Origin: Bacilli bacterium
GTDB lineage: Bacteria; Bacillota_I; Bacilli_A; RF39; UBA660
NCBI GenBank assembly: GCA_016283075.1
Contig: JAEEMF010000018.1
Span: 2,445-66,444, forward strand
Length of the DNA: 64,000 bases
Reading direction: 5' to 3'
Within the stretch, counting starts at the first letter, position 1. Each line of letters begins with the position of its first letter. This document shows positions 19,175-29,365 of the stretch, one piece after another. The notes beneath the pieces are model-generated. The model saw only the letters and a program-made list of their open reading frames with translations. It had not been told where the DNA came from and made no database searches. Both the position numbers and the translations under genes were made by a program.

Positions 19175-20986
19175 ATGTGCGGAATAATTGGATATGTAGG
19201 TAAAAAAGACTGTTTAAAAGTATTAATTAATGGTCTTGAAAAGTTAGAATACCGTGGATATGATTCAGCAGGAGTAGCCTACATCAAAAACAAAAAGATT
19301 GAAATTATTAAAGAAGAAGGAAAAATTGTTAATTTAAAAAAGAAAATTAATTTTAAAATAGATTCAAATTTAGGTATAGGACATACTAGATGGGCTACTC
19401 ATGGTAAACCAAATTATGTTAATAGTCATCCACATAGAGTTGGAAAAATTACTATTGTACATAATGGTATTATTGAAAACTATCTAGAACTTAAAAAAGA
19501 ATTAATTAAAAATGGATATAGTTTTAAAAGTGATACTGATACTGAAGTAGCATGTGCCCTTTTAGATTATATTTATAAAGAAACTCATAGTATAGAGCAA
19601 ACACTAGCTATCTTTAAAGATAAAGCTGAGGGAGCTTATGCTATAGGTTTAATATGTGATGATAATTTAGATTACTTATATGCTGTTAAAAAGGATAGTC
19701 CCCTAATAATAGCACTAGGTAAAGAAGAAAACTATATAGCAAGTGATGTACCAGCAATACTTGAGTACACTAATAAATACATTACTTTAGAAGATGGTGA
19801 ATTTGCTAAAATATCAAATGATAAAGTAATAGTATTTGATAAAGATGCCGAAATAGTTAAAAAAGAAATAAAAGTATATGATGGTAAATCTGGTGATTTA
19901 AATAAAAATGGATTTGAACACTATATGCTTAAAGAAATATATGAAGAAGTAGAAGTTGTAAAACAAGTTACTAATGATTATATAAAAGATGGTATTAAAT
20001 CACTTACTAGTAATATGCCTAAACTAGGTAATTATGAAAGAATTGATATAGTAGCATGTGGTAGCGCTTACCACGCCGGATTAGTAGGTAAATCTTTAAT
20101 AGAAGGATATGCTAATATACCAGTAAATGTTGAATTAGCAAGTGAATATAGATATAAGAAGTTATTCTTAAATAAGAATGTACTTGTCATACTAATATCT
20201 CAGTCAGGAGAAACTGCTGATACTTTAGCAGCACTTAAAATTGCTAAGGAAAAAGGAGCACATACTCTAGGAATAATAAATGTAGTTGGTAGTTCTATTG
20301 CAAGATATTCTGATGATGTTTTATACACTAAAGCAGGAGCAGAAATAGCCGTAGCAACAACAAAAGCTTATACAGCCCAAATTACAATGCTAGGTCTATT
20401 AGCACTTAATCTAGCTTATAAGAATAAAGAAATGACTGAAAAAGAAGTATTAGAAGCTTTAGATGAAGCTAAAAAACTTCCTACTAATATTCAGTCAGTA
20501 CTTAATGAAGCTGACTTCTATAAAACTATAGCAAGAAAAATATTTAAACATAATGATGTATTTTTTATTGGAAGACTTACTGATTATGCTTTAGCCCTAG
20601 AAGGATCACTTAAATTAAAAGAAATAGCATATGTTAATTCACAAGGCTATGCAGCCGGTGAATTAAAACATGGTACTATTTCTCTAATTGAAAAGAATAC
20701 TCCAGTATTTGGTATAGTAACTGATACAAATATTGCTAGTAAAACACTAAGTAATATGAAAGAATGTAAGTCTAGAGGAGCAAACATAATTGCCCTAGTC
20801 TCAAATGATTTAAAACTAGATAAAGAAATATATGATACTTTAATAGAAGTACCTAAAGTAAGCCCTATATTCCAAGGAGTACTTACTGTAATACCACTAC
20901 AACTTATTTCATACGAAGTAGCAAAATTAAGAAAATGTAATATAGATAAACCTAAGAATTTAGCTAAATCTGTTACAGTAGAATAA
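19175..20986 (+). CDS. glmS: glutamine--fructose-6-phosphate aminotransferase (isomerizing)
   Basis: True start is MCGIIGYVG (Cys2 nucleophile) at 19175 with an AAGGAGG RBS. Two SIS domains; C-terminal KSVTVE. Confidence 0.97.
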   Translation: MCGIIGYVGKKDCLKVLINGLEKLEYRGYDSAGVAYIKNKKIEIIKEEGKIVNLKKKINFKIDSNLGIGHTRWATHGKPNYVNSHPHRVGKITIVHNGIIENYLELKKELIKNGYSFKSDTDTEVACALLDYIYKETHSIEQTLAIFKDKAEGAYAIGLICDDNLDYLYAVKKDSPLIIALGKEENYIASDVPAILEYTNKYITLEDGEFAKISNDKVIVFDKDAEIVKKEIKVYDGKSGDLNKNGFEHYMLKEIYEEVEVVKQVTNDYIKDGIKSLTSNMPKLGNYERIDIVACGSAYHAGLVGKSLIEGYANIPVNVELASEYRYKKLFLNKNVLVILISQSGETADTLAALKIAKEKGAHTLGIINVVGSSIARYSDDVLYTKAGAEIAVATTKAYTAQITMLGLLALNLAYKNKEMTEKEVLEALDEAKKLPTNIQSVLNEADFYKTIARKIFKHNDVFFIGRLTDYALALEGSLKLKEIAYVNSQGYAAGELKHGTISLIEKNTPVFGIVTDTNIASKTLSNMKECKSRGANIIALVSNDLKLDKEIYDTLIEVPKVSPIFQGVLTVIPLQLISYEVAKLRKCNIDKPKNLAKSVTVE

Positions 20987-21016
20987 AAAAGAGAAAATAT
21001 TTTTTCTCTTTTTATT
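20987..21016. terminator. bidirectional rho-independent terminator
   Basis: AAAGAGAAAA-TATT-TTTTCTCTTT with flanking A- and T-runs, between convergent glmS and the 21012 gene. Confidence 0.7.
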
Positions 21017-21338
21017 TTGCAGATAATGTTATAAATGAAACTGCATGAATACATAGGAATATACCTAGTATTAAAGATATAGTTGATCCAGATAAAATCA
21101 TAAGTACACCTGCTACTAAACCGATAACTGCAGCAGAGAATGCTTGTTTCTTAGAAAGTGATACTGCTAGTGCTAATAAGATTAATCTAACTATTCTAAG
21201 ACCTACATAAGTTATAGCAACATTTTGAACTACATCAACTATTATACCTATAATAGTAATTACAAACATTAATTCAAAATCTCTTTGTAGGTACCAAGCC
21301 ATCTTTTCTTTTTTACTTATGTTCTTCGTTTTGCTCAT
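21012..21338 (-). CDS. small 3-TM membrane protein, hypothetical
   Basis: ORF with hydrophobic helices. Overlaps the upstream gene by 26 nt; an alternative ATG lies at 21302. Confidence 0.5.
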   Translation of the reverse strand: MSKTKNISKKEKMAWYLQRDFELMFVITIIGIIVDVVQNVAITYVGLRIVRLILLALAVSLSKKQAFSAAVIGLVAGVLMILSGSTISLILGIFLCIHAVSFITLSAK

Positions 21339-21885
21339 CTTTCTTTTCCTCCTTTTCTAAAGCAATATAATATTTTTTATAGTTAAATGTATTATTTTCC
21401 ATCATTTCATTAGGTACTTTTATAAGGAGTTTATCGATACTTTCAGTATCTACTTTAGATTTCTTACCATCTTCATCATATGTATAAAAATAAAGATGAA
21501 CATCTTCTTTTTTAAGTGCATCTATCTCACTAGGAATCTCATTTAACTTAGATAAAGTATTAAATAAGTAGCTTTGCTCTCCTACGACCTTATTATCCTT
21601 ATCTACAAGATAAAACTCTAGCATTCCAAGAAAGAATTTTCCATCCTTACGTTTATTATCTGTATGAAGAACTACTTCATAATATTCATTTTCATCTCCA
21701 AATACATCTTTTAATTTTGAAAATCCTACTACTTCTTTTACTTTAATAGAAAAGTCATATACACCATCTAAGGTATTAATATTAATAGTTTTACCAGTTC
21801 CTACGGAAGTTACTTCTTCTTTAGTACATCCGGATAATATTAAAGTAAAAATAAGTAATAAGAATAATTTAAAATACTTTTTCAT
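21313..21885 (-). CDS. lipoprotein, beta-sandwich (DUF4352-like) guess
   Basis: Signal peptide with lipobox LSGC. Lys/Glu-rich C-terminal tail. Confidence 0.5.
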   Translation of the reverse strand: MKKYFKLFLLLIFTLILSGCTKEEVTSVGTGKTININTLDGVYDFSIKVKEVVGFSKLKDVFGDENEYYEVVLHTDNKRKDGKFFLGMLEFYLVDKDNKVVGEQSYLFNTLSKLNEIPSEIDALKKEDVHLYFYTYDEDGKKSKVDTESIDKLLIKVPNEMMENNTFNYKKYYIALEKEEKKDEQNEEHK

Positions 21886-21928
21886 ATATTCATCTACCCT
21901 GATATAATTATATCAATTTAAAGACAAT

Positions 21929-21954
21929 AAAAAAAGAGATTTTTAAAATCTCTT
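21929..21954 (-). terminator. rho-independent terminator
   Basis: AAGAGATTTT/AAAATCTCTT palindrome plus a T-run on the minus strand, directly after the TAG at 21956. Confidence 0.65.
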
Positions 21955-21955
21955 T

Positions 21956-23287
21956 CTATTTAACACGACTCTTATTTTCTTCAAATGATTGTACACAGTC
22001 ATTTCTTTGAGAAATAACACTTGATTTAGCTTCAAGATTTTCAGCATCTCTTTCAAGTAAGAATGTTAATTCTCCTTTTCCTTCTGGATTATACTTAGCG
22101 TCTTTAACAGCTTTTTTAAGAACTAATTTGTAATCAGCAAATTTATTTTGATCAGCATATTCTAAACTTTCAGTATATCCGTAAGAATCTACTTCATTAC
22201 CTTTTTCATCATATTTAACCCAAGTTAATTTATGACCATTATTTACGAAATTTGCTATTTCATTATCAAATAAGAATACTCCTGAAACTATATTATTTGT
22301 AACATAATCTTGTCCACTATTTCTTGTATAATGAAGTCTCTTATTGAGTTCAAAATCAAGAATTCTCTTTTGTACTTTTGTAGCACATTCTAATCCTTCT
22401 TCAGAATATGGGTTAACATTTTCTGGATAAGAAGCAATTATATCTTTTACATCTTCAATTGTTTGAATAGCATATAATGCATTCATTCTATTATTTGCAT
22501 CAATAACACATACTGACCAGTTAATAGTATTATCTGAAGCTAATACTTCTGCATTTCTAATAGCATCTGATACTGTAACAGCATTTTGGAATAATCTATT
22601 AAAGTTTTCATCAGTTTGAGTATATTTAGCAAACAATGCAGCATTTGTATTTAATATATGATCATAGTTAACCATAAATGTAAATGCATGAAGTTCATCA
22701 TGATTTAAAGGTCTATATTGTGGTACACCTTGTGAATCTACTCCATCAAATACTTGTAAATCTTCACATTGAACTTCTAATAACTTAGCATATTCATTTA
22801 ATAATTCATCAGTTACAACAGTAGTTTCTTCTTCGAATGTTGCTGGTAAATTATCTAAATCGCCAACACCAGTTACAGCGCTTGTAACACTTGTAATAGC
22901 TTCAGCTACTTTACTATCTTCACCAGTCTTTTTACCACATCCATGTAACGAAGCAATAAGACCAATTAAAGCAGTAGTAGTAATAACTGAAGAAGTAGCA
23001 GCTACAGCAACTGTTTTAGCAGTTTTATTTTTAGGCTTATCAGCACCATCTTTAATAGATTGCTTATATAATTCCTTATCAAATAATTCTACATCTGAAT
23101 TTACTGTATTACCATATAAACGTGGTAATAAATATACTTTACCATCAGTTTTATGTCTAATAAGTAAGTCTTTGCTACCATTAGTACCCATGTATTCAAG
23201 TTCATCTTCAGGAATACGTGTCCAGCTTTCTACCCAATTACCATTTATATCCTTTGCAGCGGTATTTAAATCAACTAATTTTCTCAT
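21956..23287 (-). CDS. hypothetical bitopic protein (about 100-aa N-terminal domain, one TM, about 320-aa C-terminal domain)
   Basis: The ATG at 23287 has a GGGAGG RBS; the track start at 23344 is an upstream extension. TM segment is TVAVAATSSVITTTALIGLIASL. Confidence 0.55.
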   Translation of the reverse strand: MRKLVDLNTAAKDINGNWVESWTRIPEDELEYMGTNGSKDLLIRHKTDGKVYLLPRLYGNTVNSDVELFDKELYKQSIKDGADKPKNKTAKTVAVAATSSVITTTALIGLIASLHGCGKKTGEDSKVAEAITSVTSAVTGVGDLDNLPATFEEETTVVTDELLNEYAKLLEVQCEDLQVFDGVDSQGVPQYRPLNHDELHAFTFMVNYDHILNTNAALFAKYTQTDENFNRLFQNAVTVSDAIRNAEVLASDNTINWSVCVIDANNRMNALYAIQTIEDVKDIIASYPENVNPYSEEGLECATKVQKRILDFELNKRLHYTRNSGQDYVTNNIVSGVFLFDNEIANFVNNGHKLTWVKYDEKGNEVDSYGYTESLEYADQNKFADYKLVLKKAVKDAKYNPEGKGELTFLLERDAENLEAKSSVISQRNDCVQSFEENKSRVK

Positions 23288-23318
23288 AATTTCCTCCCTT
23301 TTTAAGGCTATATAAATA

Positions 23319-23348
23319 ATAGTTGCGACTACTACGAGCCGCAACTAT
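23319..23348 (-). terminator. hairpin between the 23351 and 21956 genes (weak terminator or attenuator)
   Basis: ATAGTTGCG...CGCAACTAT, a 9-bp stem with a 12-nt loop, right after the stop at 23351. The T-run is poor. Confidence 0.35.
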
Positions 23349-23350
23349 AA

Positions 23351-25048
23351 CTATTTACAACTCTTAGTTCCAGTTAAACTGTAACCTTTGTTTAGTAATG
23401 AAGTATCATTATCTGAACTACTCCATCTAATATCAACAGTACCTGAAATGTATTGTTTTTCTTTGTATCTATAGTATGTTACATTTTCAACAACATTTTC
23501 TTTCTTATAGATAGCAACTGTCTTAACACATTTTTCTCCATTTAGAGTGTAACCTTTTTTGTTACATGCGTAAGATACAGATTCTTTCTTATCTATTTCT
23601 TTATTGTAAGTTCCATAACATCTATCCTTAGTATCATTTAATTTATATCCTTGTGGACAGCTTGGATCTTTCTTTATTGTTTCTTTAATAGTTCTTGAAC
23701 AATAACTATCAGTTGCAATATCATATCCTTGTGGACAGTGAGCTGGTTTAATATCAGTAGAGGCTACTGTTTTAACACATTCACTACCAACTTGAGTATA
23801 AGATGAATCAGGGCAAGTCTTAGAAGCATATTCTTTTGTTTCTTGACATCCTGTAGTTGTAACAACAGCTTTGTAAATATTATATGTTACTAAAACCTGA
23901 TCTTTACACTCTGGTAAACAACTTGCATCTGTTCTTGTACTAATAGTTTCATAAATATATGTACTATTATTTGCAGGTTTATATGTTTTATCATATTCAG
24001 TTCCTACATAAGCACCTTTAGTTGTAGTAGTTTTGCAACCAGTTGTTTGTTTTTTAGAACAACGGTCACCATCTTCATCATATCCTTGTGGACATACAAG
24101 TGCTTTTTTATCAGTTTCAGATGATTGTTTATAACATTTGTTACCACTTGGTGTATAACCAGCATCATCACAAACATAATATGCATGAGTTATAGTAGTT
24201 TTTGTACCATAACATACACCATTTGTTGGGCCATCATATCCTGATGGACATTTTGAATTATAATATGCAGTTACAGGTTTAACACATTTTCCTGTAGACT
24301 TATCTTCGTTATAACCTTTTGGACAGTACTTAGTTACTGTTTTAGCAGCAGCTTCTTCTTCTGTCTTATAACCACTAATAACATCTTTAGTACCAGTGAC
24401 TACTTTTTCTGTTTTAGTTTCAACTTTACGATATTCTGATGCAGTAGCTTTAGTAGTTGACCAGCTTGACCAGTTACCAAAGTCACCCCATGATCCATTA
24501 GTTACTTTCTTATATTCATATTGACAAGTAACAACCTTTTTAGGTTCATTACAAGTAACTACTGGAGTTTCTTTCTTTTCACATACTCCTGTTGCTTTAC
24601 AATAATCGTAGCATCCTAAGTGAACGATTATATAAGCATCATTATCAGTACATGATAAGTTAACCTTCATTTGATATTCATTTTCAAGTTTTACAACTTC
24701 TACATAAGAGTCTTTTAAATCACAACTTTTACCATTACCATCTTTAAATTCAACAAGTAATTTATTATCAATCATTTCCTTTAAAGTCATAGATTTAACA
24801 TCTTTAACTTTTTCTGGTAATCTTTCAGTAGTGTAATAACTTACAGCAGCATCTTTCATTGTTTGTAAGTTAGTATTAAATATACCACTTGTTAAAGCAT
24901 CTAATTTACTGTTAATATCAGCAAATTCTTTATTTATACTACCCTTTGTAGGAAATAAACAAACTAGTATAAATACGAATAAAACTATGAATAATATTTG
25001 GATAAAAATATCTCTTAATGAGAAACCATCATTTTTTTCACTATACAT
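23351..25048 (-). CDS. Cys-repeat surface protein with degenerate prepilin-like N-terminus
   Basis: The RBS GAGGGGGA favours the ATG at 25048, giving MYSEKNDG|FSLRDIFIQILFIVLFVFILV. There are 8 copies of C-x3-[GS]Y-x5-7-C (e.g. CPKGYNEDKSTGKC, CPQGYDEDGDRC). Also a WGDFGNWSSWS motif and a C-terminal YYRYKEK. Confidence 0.6.
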   Translation of the reverse strand: MYSEKNDGFSLRDIFIQILFIVLFVFILVCLFPTKGSINKEFADINSKLDALTSGIFNTNLQTMKDAAVSYYTTERLPEKVKDVKSMTLKEMIDNKLLVEFKDGNGKSCDLKDSYVEVVKLENEYQMKVNLSCTDNDAYIIVHLGCYDYCKATGVCEKKETPVVTCNEPKKVVTCQYEYKKVTNGSWGDFGNWSSWSTTKATASEYRKVETKTEKVVTGTKDVISGYKTEEEAAAKTVTKYCPKGYNEDKSTGKCVKPVTAYYNSKCPSGYDGPTNGVCYGTKTTITHAYYVCDDAGYTPSGNKCYKQSSETDKKALVCPQGYDEDGDRCSKKQTTGCKTTTTKGAYVGTEYDKTYKPANNSTYIYETISTRTDASCLPECKDQVLVTYNIYKAVVTTTGCQETKEYASKTCPDSSYTQVGSECVKTVASTDIKPAHCPQGYDIATDSYCSRTIKETIKKDPSCPQGYKLNDTKDRCYGTYNKEIDKKESVSYACNKKGYTLNGEKCVKTVAIYKKENVVENVTYYRYKEKQYISGTVDIRWSSSDNDTSLLNKGYSLTGTKSCK

Positions 25049-25177
25049 ACACATATCCCCCTCAATTTCAGGTTATTATAACACTTTTTGGCATTTTGTC
25101 AAACTGATTAGGGCACACCAAAAATCTATTTTCATTAACAATAAAATTATATCATTATATATATATAAATGTCAAAG

Positions 25178-25807
25178 TTAATTTAGTAAATTGTTACTAG
25201 TTAAATAATCTATTATTTCGTTAGTACAATCTTTAATAAATGTATTAACCATATTCATATTAAAGATATATTTTTTATCATTTTTAGAGTTTTCTATAAT
25301 TCTTCCCATTTGCTCAAGTAATACCGGCATTTTATCTAAATCTGCTTCTTTTACCTTAGTTACTGGTTTTATATAGTCTTCATATATTAAAGATAAATCA
25401 AGTTCATATTTATCAAGAAGTGATATATTCATATTAGTATAATCGTTATAAATAAGCTTAGTTATTTCTTCTTCTGGAAGTTTAAGTACTGTTCCATCTC
25501 TAAGTTTTACTGAATCATTACATACTAAATAATCTATAAATCCATCAAACCACATTTTATCTGTATATAAATGAATAAAGTATCCTAAAGTATAATCACT
25601 TTTCATATCATCTCTATATAAATCTAAAAATACATCTATATTAGGTACATTATCTGCAGCATACTGAAAGTGAGTTGCTCCTTTAGGTAGTCCTATTTGT
25701 TTTGCTATATCAGGAGCAATACTTCCTAAATAATAATCTTTACTTCTTTTATTAATTCTTTTTCCTATTTCTTTTGCAACACTCATATGTATTAAACTAG
25801 ATGCCAT
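25178..25807 (-). CDS. putative metal-dependent hydrolase (zinc phospholipase C-like / YdjM-like)
   Basis: N-terminal SLIHMSVA...YLGSIAPDI...THF pattern. RBS lies within the 3' end of the upstream GNAT gene. Confidence 0.35.
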   Translation of the reverse strand: MASSLIHMSVAKEIGKRINKRSKDYYLGSIAPDIAKQIGLPKGATHFQYAADNVPNIDVFLDLYRDDMKSDYTLGYFIHLYTDKMWFDGFIDYLVCNDSVKLRDGTVLKLPEEEITKLIYNDYTNMNISLLDKYELDLSLIYEDYIKPVTKVKEADLDKMPVLLEQMGRIIENSKNDKKYIFNMNMVNTFIKDCTNEIIDYLTSNNLLN

Positions 25808-25809
25808 TT

Positions 25810-26307
25810 TTATTCCCCCAAACTAATATTAAAGTATTTAACATGATCCATTTCATTAACTTGTTTACCACCATTTTTAAGTATTACTTTTTCAGATATT
25901 TTGTTATCTGAAAAACAACCTAATCTTACAGATGATAAACCAAGTTTTTTTGCTTCTTCCAAAGCAAGTCTAAGTATTTCATTACCAAGACCTTCTCCTC
26001 TTCTAGAAGGTCTTATTTTATATCCTATATTACCAGATGTATTATACCAGTAATAATTTAGTACAGGTCTTATCATTACTTCTCCTACTGGTTTATCATC
26101 TGAGTACATTATATATGTTATACGAGGAGTATTTATATCATCTAAAGGAAGATATTCTTCTTTTAATCTTTCTTTTAAAAGTTTATTAAACTCTTTTTTA
26201 GATGCTCTTAAATTATTAACTGATCCATTTTCTCTTTCAGGTATTTCTTGATACATTAAGTATTCTTCTTCCGAAATTTTATCAGTTAACTTCTTTAAAT
26301 AATTCAT
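25810..26307 (-). CDS. GNAT family N-acetyltransferase
   Basis: Acetyl-CoA binding motif IRPSRRGEGLGNEILRLALEEAKKLG. Confidence 0.8.
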   Translation of the reverse strand: MNYLKKLTDKISEEEYLMYQEIPERENGSVNNLRASKKEFNKLLKERLKEEYLPLDDINTPRITYIMYSDDKPVGEVMIRPVLNYYWYNTSGNIGYKIRPSRRGEGLGNEILRLALEEAKKLGLSSVRLGCFSDNKISEKVILKNGGKQVNEMDHVKYFNISLGE

Positions 26308-26340
26308 ACTCTCACCTATTTAATTATATATCATTTAATT

Positions 26341-26366
26341 AAAAATAAAAAGAAGGTTTACCTTCT
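26341..26366 (-). terminator. rho-independent terminator after A1
   Basis: AGAAGGT-TT-ACCTTCT plus a T-run on the minus strand. Near-copy of the terminator at 32587. Confidence 0.7.
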
Positions 26367-26368
26367 CT

Positions 26369-29365
26369 TTACTTTAATACTCTATATTTATTCTTTTTAA
26401 ATAAAGATATATGCTTCTTACATTCTTTTAAAGCATCAACATCTTTTTCATAAACAGTAATATTACTTATAGTCTTACTTTCTTCATCATATGCTATAAA
26501 CCAGTTTTCTCCTACTAAATATGAAGCAGTATCATCAAAAGAAGTAGGTACTTCTTCTTCAGTATCTAAGTACTGCATAGTAGCTATTCTTCTAATATCT
26601 TCTTTAGCTTCATTATATGAAGAAGTATAAGGTTCTCTTCTTTCTCTTTTATATAGTTTATTAGGTATACCAGCATAAACATCCCATATAGAAGCATCAC
26701 CTATCAAATATGTGTAACCTAAACGATCACTCATCTTTCTAAATAAATCGAAACCGTCAAAACTACTACCAGATATTTTTAATCTTACTATTTCAATAGG
26801 AGTTTTATCATCTTTACATAAATGAGTTTTTAATACTATTTCTTCTCCAATATGTCTTAAAAGATTAAATATATCTTCTAATTCAGCTACTTCACTTGAA
26901 TCAGAACTATTATAAATAAAATTACCAAATGAAATACCATTACCTTTTCTAGTTACAGATACTGTTCCAATATAGTTATCAAAAGAATCACATACTCTTA
27001 TAACTGAAGACTCATAACTTTCTAAATTAGTTCGAGTCAATAATGTAGATGGACTCAAATCACGATTAATAGCATCTTTTATAAAGTCTCCATTTGAAAA
27101 AGTATAATTTTCATACTTATAATTTTCAAAGGAACCTTTTACAAAAGGGATAATAGATTTATTTTTAATAGTTAAATACTCAAAGTCAACTGAATCAGAA
27201 CTACCAAATGAATTATACTGTTGATTAACAACTTTATGAAAATATTCATCTCCTAATAAATCGTAGCCTTCTTCATCAATGTATTGTAAGCGATTTGCAA
27301 TACCAAATAATTCATAAACATTATTTGTTTTAATATAATCTTTTTTCATATAATTATTTATTAATCTACTTATATAGAATTTTTCATACATATTGCAATC
27401 ACATTCTTTGTTTTTGCCTCTAAAATAATTATCATTGTCGTTAGCAAGAATAAAATGAAATGCACTTGTTCTTTTTAAATATTCTTCGTATTTATCAGCG
27501 TTATCAAGAAATCCCTTTAAATCACTTGTAGGAACTTCTAATAATTCTTTTATAAATGAGAATATACAAGTTGTAGTTTGAACCTCAAAATGTTCATCAT
27601 CAAAAGGAATATCCTTAGGAATATGTTCAAAAGGGCCCATAAAGTAATTATCATAATCTCCTTCAAAAGTTTTATAATATGCTTCTTCTAGTACTTCCTT
27701 ATATATTTTATACATTCTTTCTTTTTCTTCCCAGGTTACTTTATCAGGCAAATCTAAATTAAACCATCTATCGTAATATACTCCATCTCTTTCTCTTATA
27801 TAGTTAAGATAATAAGAAATAGTTTTATTATTTATATCTATTTTTCCACAATTTAACCATCTTATTATTTTGTATAATGTTTTCTCTTTTTGATACATTA
27901 TATGGTCTTCTTCAATAGGAATTTGCTCATTATAATCATCTTTACCATACAAAAAACCTTCAAAACAATCTAAATTTTCTCTTAAATATTGTTCTTCAAC
28001 TTTATCCATCTTATATTTTTCAGATACATCTTTTATTATATTTTCTAAATAACCATTACTATAAGAAAAAATCTTTTTCAAACTATTTCTTCTATCATTT
28101 AAATCATAATACTTACCTTTATCCTTTTTTGGAATTAAGATAGGCCCAAATATTTCATAATATCTAGTTTTAATATAATTTTCTTTTTCTCTTTCCAAAA
28201 ATAGTTTTTCGCTTTTAAAAATAATATTAGCATCATCAGCTGAGTAAGTTTCATTTTTGTTATACTCATAAGCAAATTTTTGCATAGCAGTAAGTAACTC
28301 TTTATATTCTTCATGAGTTAACTGTTTTTTTAATATATTTAAATATTCTTCTATATAAAGGAAACTGGTAAAATAACCACAATCTTTTAAATAACTAATT
28401 ATCTTGTTAGCTATATTATTAGGATATGGTTCATATACTAAATTATCATACCACTCTTCTTCGAGTGCTTTTCCAAAAAAGTTTTTTATTTTACTTACTG
28501 TTAAAGGTGTACTAAAACCTGCTCTAATTATCTTACATAATGAAGGAATGTTTTCTTGTAAAACATTAATTCCTTCTTTTTGTCTTTCTATACACGCAAA
28601 ATTATGTAAATATTTATCTAAAACTCTTTTTACAAATGATTCAAGATTATTAGATGTGGTTAAAACATCTAAATTAAAATGAAAAATATCTTCTTCAAAA
28701 GTATAACCTTTATCTTCTAAATATTTAAATAAATCTTTATTTTTTTTAGCATAGTATGCTAAATTATCATCTTTTCTCCATCTCCATCCCCTTTTATTAC
28801 TTTCAATCATATAACGAGAATCAATAATTTGACATGCATCGCAGTTATCTAAAGATAGTAAGTAGTTAATAAACTTTTCTTTTTCTTCTTCACTAAAATA
28901 TCTTTCATCTGCCCATCCAGCTGAAGAAGGATCCAGCTTAGCGGAATTCAATGCCACTTTAAAATTTCTTTTTAAATACTGTGGACTGTTTCCTACAAGA
29001 ATATAATTATTTTTTATAGCAAGTTCTACTAAATCATCTATAATGTTTCTATTATTTTTAGTTATAGATGTTCCATTAATTGATTTAATATTATTTTTAG
29101 CGGCATTTAATATGCATTCTTTACTATTTTTTAGAAGAGATGGTGTATCATCATTAAAAATGAGATCATAATTACAAAAATAATTTACTAAATAATCTAT
29201 TTGTTCTCTAGACAATTTCCACTCTGGGAATGTTTCTTTAGAAGATATTTCTTCTGCTACTTTTCTAATATCTTTAGATGGAAATAATGAATTTCTAGAT
29301 ATAGGAATATTTTCATGCTGAATTATATAATTAAATAATTTAATCTTTTCTTCTAATGTATACAT
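26369..29365 (-). CDS. large cytoplasmic protein of unknown function, type A (A1, 998 aa)
   Basis: ATG with an AAGGAG RBS embedded in the 3' end of B1 (26-nt overlap). Full-length paralog of 32612..35569, sharing DDEHFEV, LEREKE.YI, YKI.KEVLEE and VG[DE]NWFI.YDE. No signal peptide, TM or P-loop seen. Confidence 0.85.
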   Translation of the reverse strand: MYTLEEKIKLFNYIIQHENIPISRNSLFPSKDIRKVAEEISSKETFPEWKLSREQIDYLVNYFCNYDLIFNDDTPSLLKNSKECILNAAKNNIKSINGTSITKNNRNIIDDLVELAIKNNYILVGNSPQYLKRNFKVALNSAKLDPSSAGWADERYFSEEEKEKFINYLLSLDNCDACQIIDSRYMIESNKRGWRWRKDDNLAYYAKKNKDLFKYLEDKGYTFEEDIFHFNLDVLTTSNNLESFVKRVLDKYLHNFACIERQKEGINVLQENIPSLCKIIRAGFSTPLTVSKIKNFFGKALEEEWYDNLVYEPYPNNIANKIISYLKDCGYFTSFLYIEEYLNILKKQLTHEEYKELLTAMQKFAYEYNKNETYSADDANIIFKSEKLFLEREKENYIKTRYYEIFGPILIPKKDKGKYYDLNDRRNSLKKIFSYSNGYLENIIKDVSEKYKMDKVEEQYLRENLDCFEGFLYGKDDYNEQIPIEEDHIMYQKEKTLYKIIRWLNCGKIDINNKTISYYLNYIRERDGVYYDRWFNLDLPDKVTWEEKERMYKIYKEVLEEAYYKTFEGDYDNYFMGPFEHIPKDIPFDDEHFEVQTTTCIFSFIKELLEVPTSDLKGFLDNADKYEEYLKRTSAFHFILANDNDNYFRGKNKECDCNMYEKFYISRLINNYMKKDYIKTNNVYELFGIANRLQYIDEEGYDLLGDEYFHKVVNQQYNSFGSSDSVDFEYLTIKNKSIIPFVKGSFENYKYENYTFSNGDFIKDAINRDLSPSTLLTRTNLESYESSVIRVCDSFDNYIGTVSVTRKGNGISFGNFIYNSSDSSEVAELEDIFNLLRHIGEEIVLKTHLCKDDKTPIEIVRLKISGSSFDGFDLFRKMSDRLGYTYLIGDASIWDVYAGIPNKLYKRERREPYTSSYNEAKEDIRRIATMQYLDTEEEVPTSFDDTASYLVGENWFIAYDEESKTISNITVYEKDVDALKECKKHISLFKKNKYRVLK

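Noticed and set aside
20987-21100. Tn7-like insertion at the glmS 3' end
   Set aside because: There are no tnsABCDE-like genes and no recognisable terminal inverted repeats. There is only positional suggestiveness.
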